The notes beneath the pieces are model-generated. The model was not told where the DNA came from. It saw only the letters and a list, made by a program, of their open reading frames with translations, and did not search any database. DNA of 64,000 bases. It comes from Thermoplasmatota archaeon (lineage in GTDB: Archaea > Thermoplasmatota > E2 > DHVEG-1). The translations under genes were made by a program, and so were the position numbers. The stretch spans positions 2,537-66,536 of the forward strand of contig JBFEOQ010000003.1 of the NCBI GenBank assembly GCA_041550515.1, given 5' to 3'. Below, piece by piece: positions 61,612-64,000 of the stretch. The first letter of the stretch is position 1. Every line of letters begins with the position of its first letter.

Positions 61612-61890
61612 TTATCCACCACTTATTGGCACAAAAAATAAGACTTCATCATTGTTTTTAAGTTTAGTATCAAGTCCTTTTAAAGCAGAAGCAGGTTTAT
61701 CATTTACAAATAAACATATATATTCTGCTAATTCATCATTTTTTAAAAAGATTTCATTTTTCAACTTAGGGTATTTATTAACTAGATAAGCAAGTAAATC
61801 ATTTAGAGTCGTACCATTAAAAACTATTTTTAATTCTTTTTTACCAACGACATCTGAAAAAGGTCTGAGTAACTTTATTTTAATTTTCAT
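61612..61890 (-). CDS. MoaD/ThiS/SAMP-type ubiquitin-like beta-grasp protein ending in Gly-Gly
   Basis: 92 aa from ATG 61890. The C-terminus is ...VLFFVPISGG followed by the stop. The overall pattern matches MoaD-like proteins. Confidence 0.7.
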   Translation of the reverse strand: MKIKIKLLRPFSDVVGKKELKIVFNGTTLNDLLAYLVNKYPKLKNEIFLKNDELAEYICLFVNDKPASALKGLDTKLKNNDEVLFFVPISGG

Positions 61891-61904
61891 ATATGATCCT
61901 AATA

Positions 61905-62963
61905 TCAAAAATAAATAGTAAAGATATATATTAAGAATACTATGATAGGGACACTAACAATAGTAGTCCAAGTAATAGATAAAGAGGTTGATTTTTTATC
62001 TATACCATAAGGTAGTAGAAACATATTTGTACTTGTTACTGGTAAAAATGAATTTAGAATAATTATCACAAACCATTTTGTTGAAATTAAACTAAAAATA
62101 ATTAGTATACCAAAAATAAAAAAAATAATCAATGGCGTAATAATCATTGTAATAAGAAATATACTTCTAACCCATAACCAGTGGTCTTCACCATTTTTTG
62201 TTTTTTTACTAAACATTTTTTTTATCTCAGTAATTGTTAAATCACTGGGATGGATACTTGATCCAACATAATAAAGTGCAGCAGGAATAGTAAGTGCTGA
62301 AATAAAGGTAAAAATTATAGCTTCTGGAGTTGCCCAATCTACATTTACTTTCATTGGTCCATGTAATATTATTGCGATAATTACAAAAGAAAGCAGATAC
62401 CATGGATAAAGTTTTAAATACCAAGGAAGTGTAAGCAGATTTTTATCTGATTTATGAGTCTCTTTTTTGTGCATATAAGAAAGTAAATAAGGTATTATTG
62501 CAAATATAAAAACACCACTAATTGCAATAAATATTGCTGCTTCAACTCGCCATGGTGATGTTTCTGTTAATAAAGCTCCTCCAATAAAAGCTGCACTGCG
62601 ACCTTGGCTCGAGAAAACGGTTTTAATAAACAATTGTCTGATAGATTTTTTTAATCCGTATTTATCTGCTTGATATTTTGCAAAAGCATATGTTAAAAAA
62701 TATATGACAATCAATGTAATACTTATAACAACAATAAATAAGATTTGTTTTGTTCCAAAATCAACAAGCAGAAATATTCTAAATAATAATAAGGGAACGA
62801 AGAAAAATAATAAAATGAGACCTATCTTTTTCATGATTCGATCTATTTTATTTCTACTGGTTACTTTTGCAATAAGGAAAGTTACTATTAGTCCAACTAA
62901 AATCCACGGAAGAGCATAGAGGCCAGAAATATATATTATTGCCTCTTTTAATAAATCAATCAT
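61905..62963 (-). CDS. Polytopic membrane protein, AEC (auxin efflux carrier)-like permease
   Basis: 352 aa, about 10 TM helices in a 5+5 arrangement with a central hydrophilic loop. The family assignment is tentative. Confidence 0.55.
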   Translation of the reverse strand: MIDLLKEAIIYISGLYALPWILVGLIVTFLIAKVTSRNKIDRIMKKIGLILLFFFVPLLLFRIFLLVDFGTKQILFIVVISITLIVIYFLTYAFAKYQADKYGLKKSIRQLFIKTVFSSQGRSAAFIGGALLTETSPWRVEAAIFIAISGVFIFAIIPYLLSYMHKKETHKSDKNLLTLPWYLKLYPWYLLSFVIIAIILHGPMKVNVDWATPEAIIFTFISALTIPAALYYVGSSIHPSDLTITEIKKMFSKKTKNGEDHWLWVRSIFLITMIITPLIIFFIFGILIIFSLISTKWFVIIILNSFLPVTSTNMFLLPYGIDKKSTSLSITWTTIVSVPIIVFLIYIFTIYF

Positions 62964-62981
62964 TTAGATTTTGCTCCTGAT

Positions 62982-64000
62982 TTATCGATCTACGACTCTG
63001 ATAGCTTTACCAATACTTCTTGGGATTGATTTTGGTTCGACAACTTTTACAGGTACTCGTAAGCTCAAAATACTAAAGAGTTCTTCCTCTGCTTTATGTT
63101 CAAGATCTTCGATACGTCCATCTTTCCATCTTTTTTCTGTAGTTTCAACTTCGACAGATAGAGAAATTATACTGCCTTTCTTTGTTTTAATAATTTGATA
63201 ATTATTACTTAAATCTTCAATTTGCATTAGGGCTGTTTCAATTTGTGATGGAAAAACAATAACACCTTTTATTTTCATCATATCATCAGATCGACCTTTG
63301 ATACGTGATTGAATTGGGAGTGTTCTACCACATTCACACTTTTCATCATATAGAATCGCCAGATCTCTAGTTCTAAAGCGAAGAGCTGGAAAAGCTTCTT
63401 TAGTAAGAGTAGTAAATATGAGCTCTCCCTCTTCACCATAGGCTAATGATTCCCCGGTAGCTGGATTAATAACCTCAGGATAAAAGTAATCAGCATTAAT
63501 ATGCAACTTTTTACAGCTGCATTCAGAAACAACACCTGGACCAATAATCTCTGTTAATCCATAATGTTCATGAGCAACAATTCCCCAACGCTTTTCAACA
63601 TTTGATCGCAGTTCTTCACTCCAAGATTCAGCACCAAAACAACCGATTCTTAGTTTAAAATCCTTTAGAGGATCAAGACCCATATACTCAGCTGTTTCAG
63701 CCATATACATTGAATATGAAGGAGTACAAACAAGTGCAGTAGTACCAAAATCCTTCATAATAGTTATCTGTCTCTTAGTATTACCAGAACTAATAGTAAT
63801 TACCATCGCACCAATTTTTTGTGCACCTTTTTCAAAACCATGAGCTCCTGTAAACAACCCATAACCATAGGCATTCTGCATAATATCATTTTTACGTAAA
63901 CCGTTAGCCCATAATGACCTTGCCATTACCTCTGCCCAGAGTTCTACATCATTTATTGTATAAGGTCCTACAACTGGTTTACCTGTAGTTCCAGAAGATG
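62982..64000 (-). CDS. paaK: Phenylacetate-CoA ligase (PaaK / F390-synthetase family), 5'-truncated by the window edge
   Basis: The frame stays open past the ORF-track ATG to the window end and reads SSGTTGKPVVGPYTINDVELWAEVMARSL..., the PaaK AMP-binding motif. The C-terminal domain ends at 62982. Confidence 0.9.
   Translation of the reverse strand, partial: SSGTTGKPVVGPYTINDVELWAEVMARSLWANGLRKNDIMQNAYGYGLFTGAHGFEKGAQKIGAMVITISSGNTKRQITIMKDFGTTALVCTPSYSMYMAETAEYMGLDPLKDFKLRIGCFGAESWSEELRSNVEKRWGIVAHEHYGLTEIIGPGVVSECSCKKLHINADYFYPEVINPATGESLAYGEEGELIFTTLTKEAFPALRFRTRDLAILYDEKCECGRTLPIQSRIKGRSDDMMKIKGVIVFPSQIETALMQIEDLSNNYQIIKTKKGSIISLSVEVETTEKRWKDGRIEDLEHKAEEELFSILSLRVPVKVVEPKSIPRSIGKAIRVVDR

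Overview
The window is visibly AT-rich (roughly one-third G+C by eye, not computed) and very gene-dense. I support 56 protein-coding genes. I saw no rRNA, tRNA, CRISPR array, transposase or integrase. All calls rest on reading the supplied translations for family motifs; no database search was possible.

The host looks like an anaerobic archaeon. Evidence is an archaeal DnaG-type primase, a small UPF0292-like Toprim protein, an HTH+ThiN regulator and HdrA. The composition and the excess of acyl-CoA genes would fit an Asgard/Loki-like or similar uncultured lineage, but this cannot be settled from the sequence alone.

Layout:
- 0-3 kb: hdrB-like 3' end, hdrA and a PflX-type radical SAM gene.
- 3-9.5 kb: bacterial-type uvrA-uvrC-uvrB.
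- 9.8-11 kb: a TRASH/YHS-permease fusion, followed by an 860-bp gene-poor gap.
- 12.7-20.1 kb: an acn-aclB-aclA-icd operon (ATP-citrate lyase plus a monomeric IDH), divergent from acs.
- 22-30 kb: housekeeping genes (nadE, purC, metG, dnaG).
- 30-33 kb: a putative thiamine salvage cluster (ThiR-like regulator, thiamine pyrophosphokinase, SSS transporter and an unannotated 37-aa membrane peptide).
- 33-64 kb: a roughly 30-kb anaerobic aromatic/acyl-CoA island.

The most interesting content is in that island:
- beta-oxidation genes;
- the dch/had/oah (bamA) ring-cleavage triad;
- a gap-free 12-gene operon holding a Bzd-type four-subunit ATP-dependent benzoyl-CoA reductase, its ferredoxin, an 836-aa NAD(P)H-type Fe-S flavoprotein, a GNAT/Sir2 pair and a tungsten AOR with a 4-cluster Fe-S partner;
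- a second, single-subunit 2-hydroxyacyl-CoA-dehydratase-like system with a divergent activator and radical SAM gene;
- a paaK / AEC-permease / MoaD-like (GG-terminal) unit.
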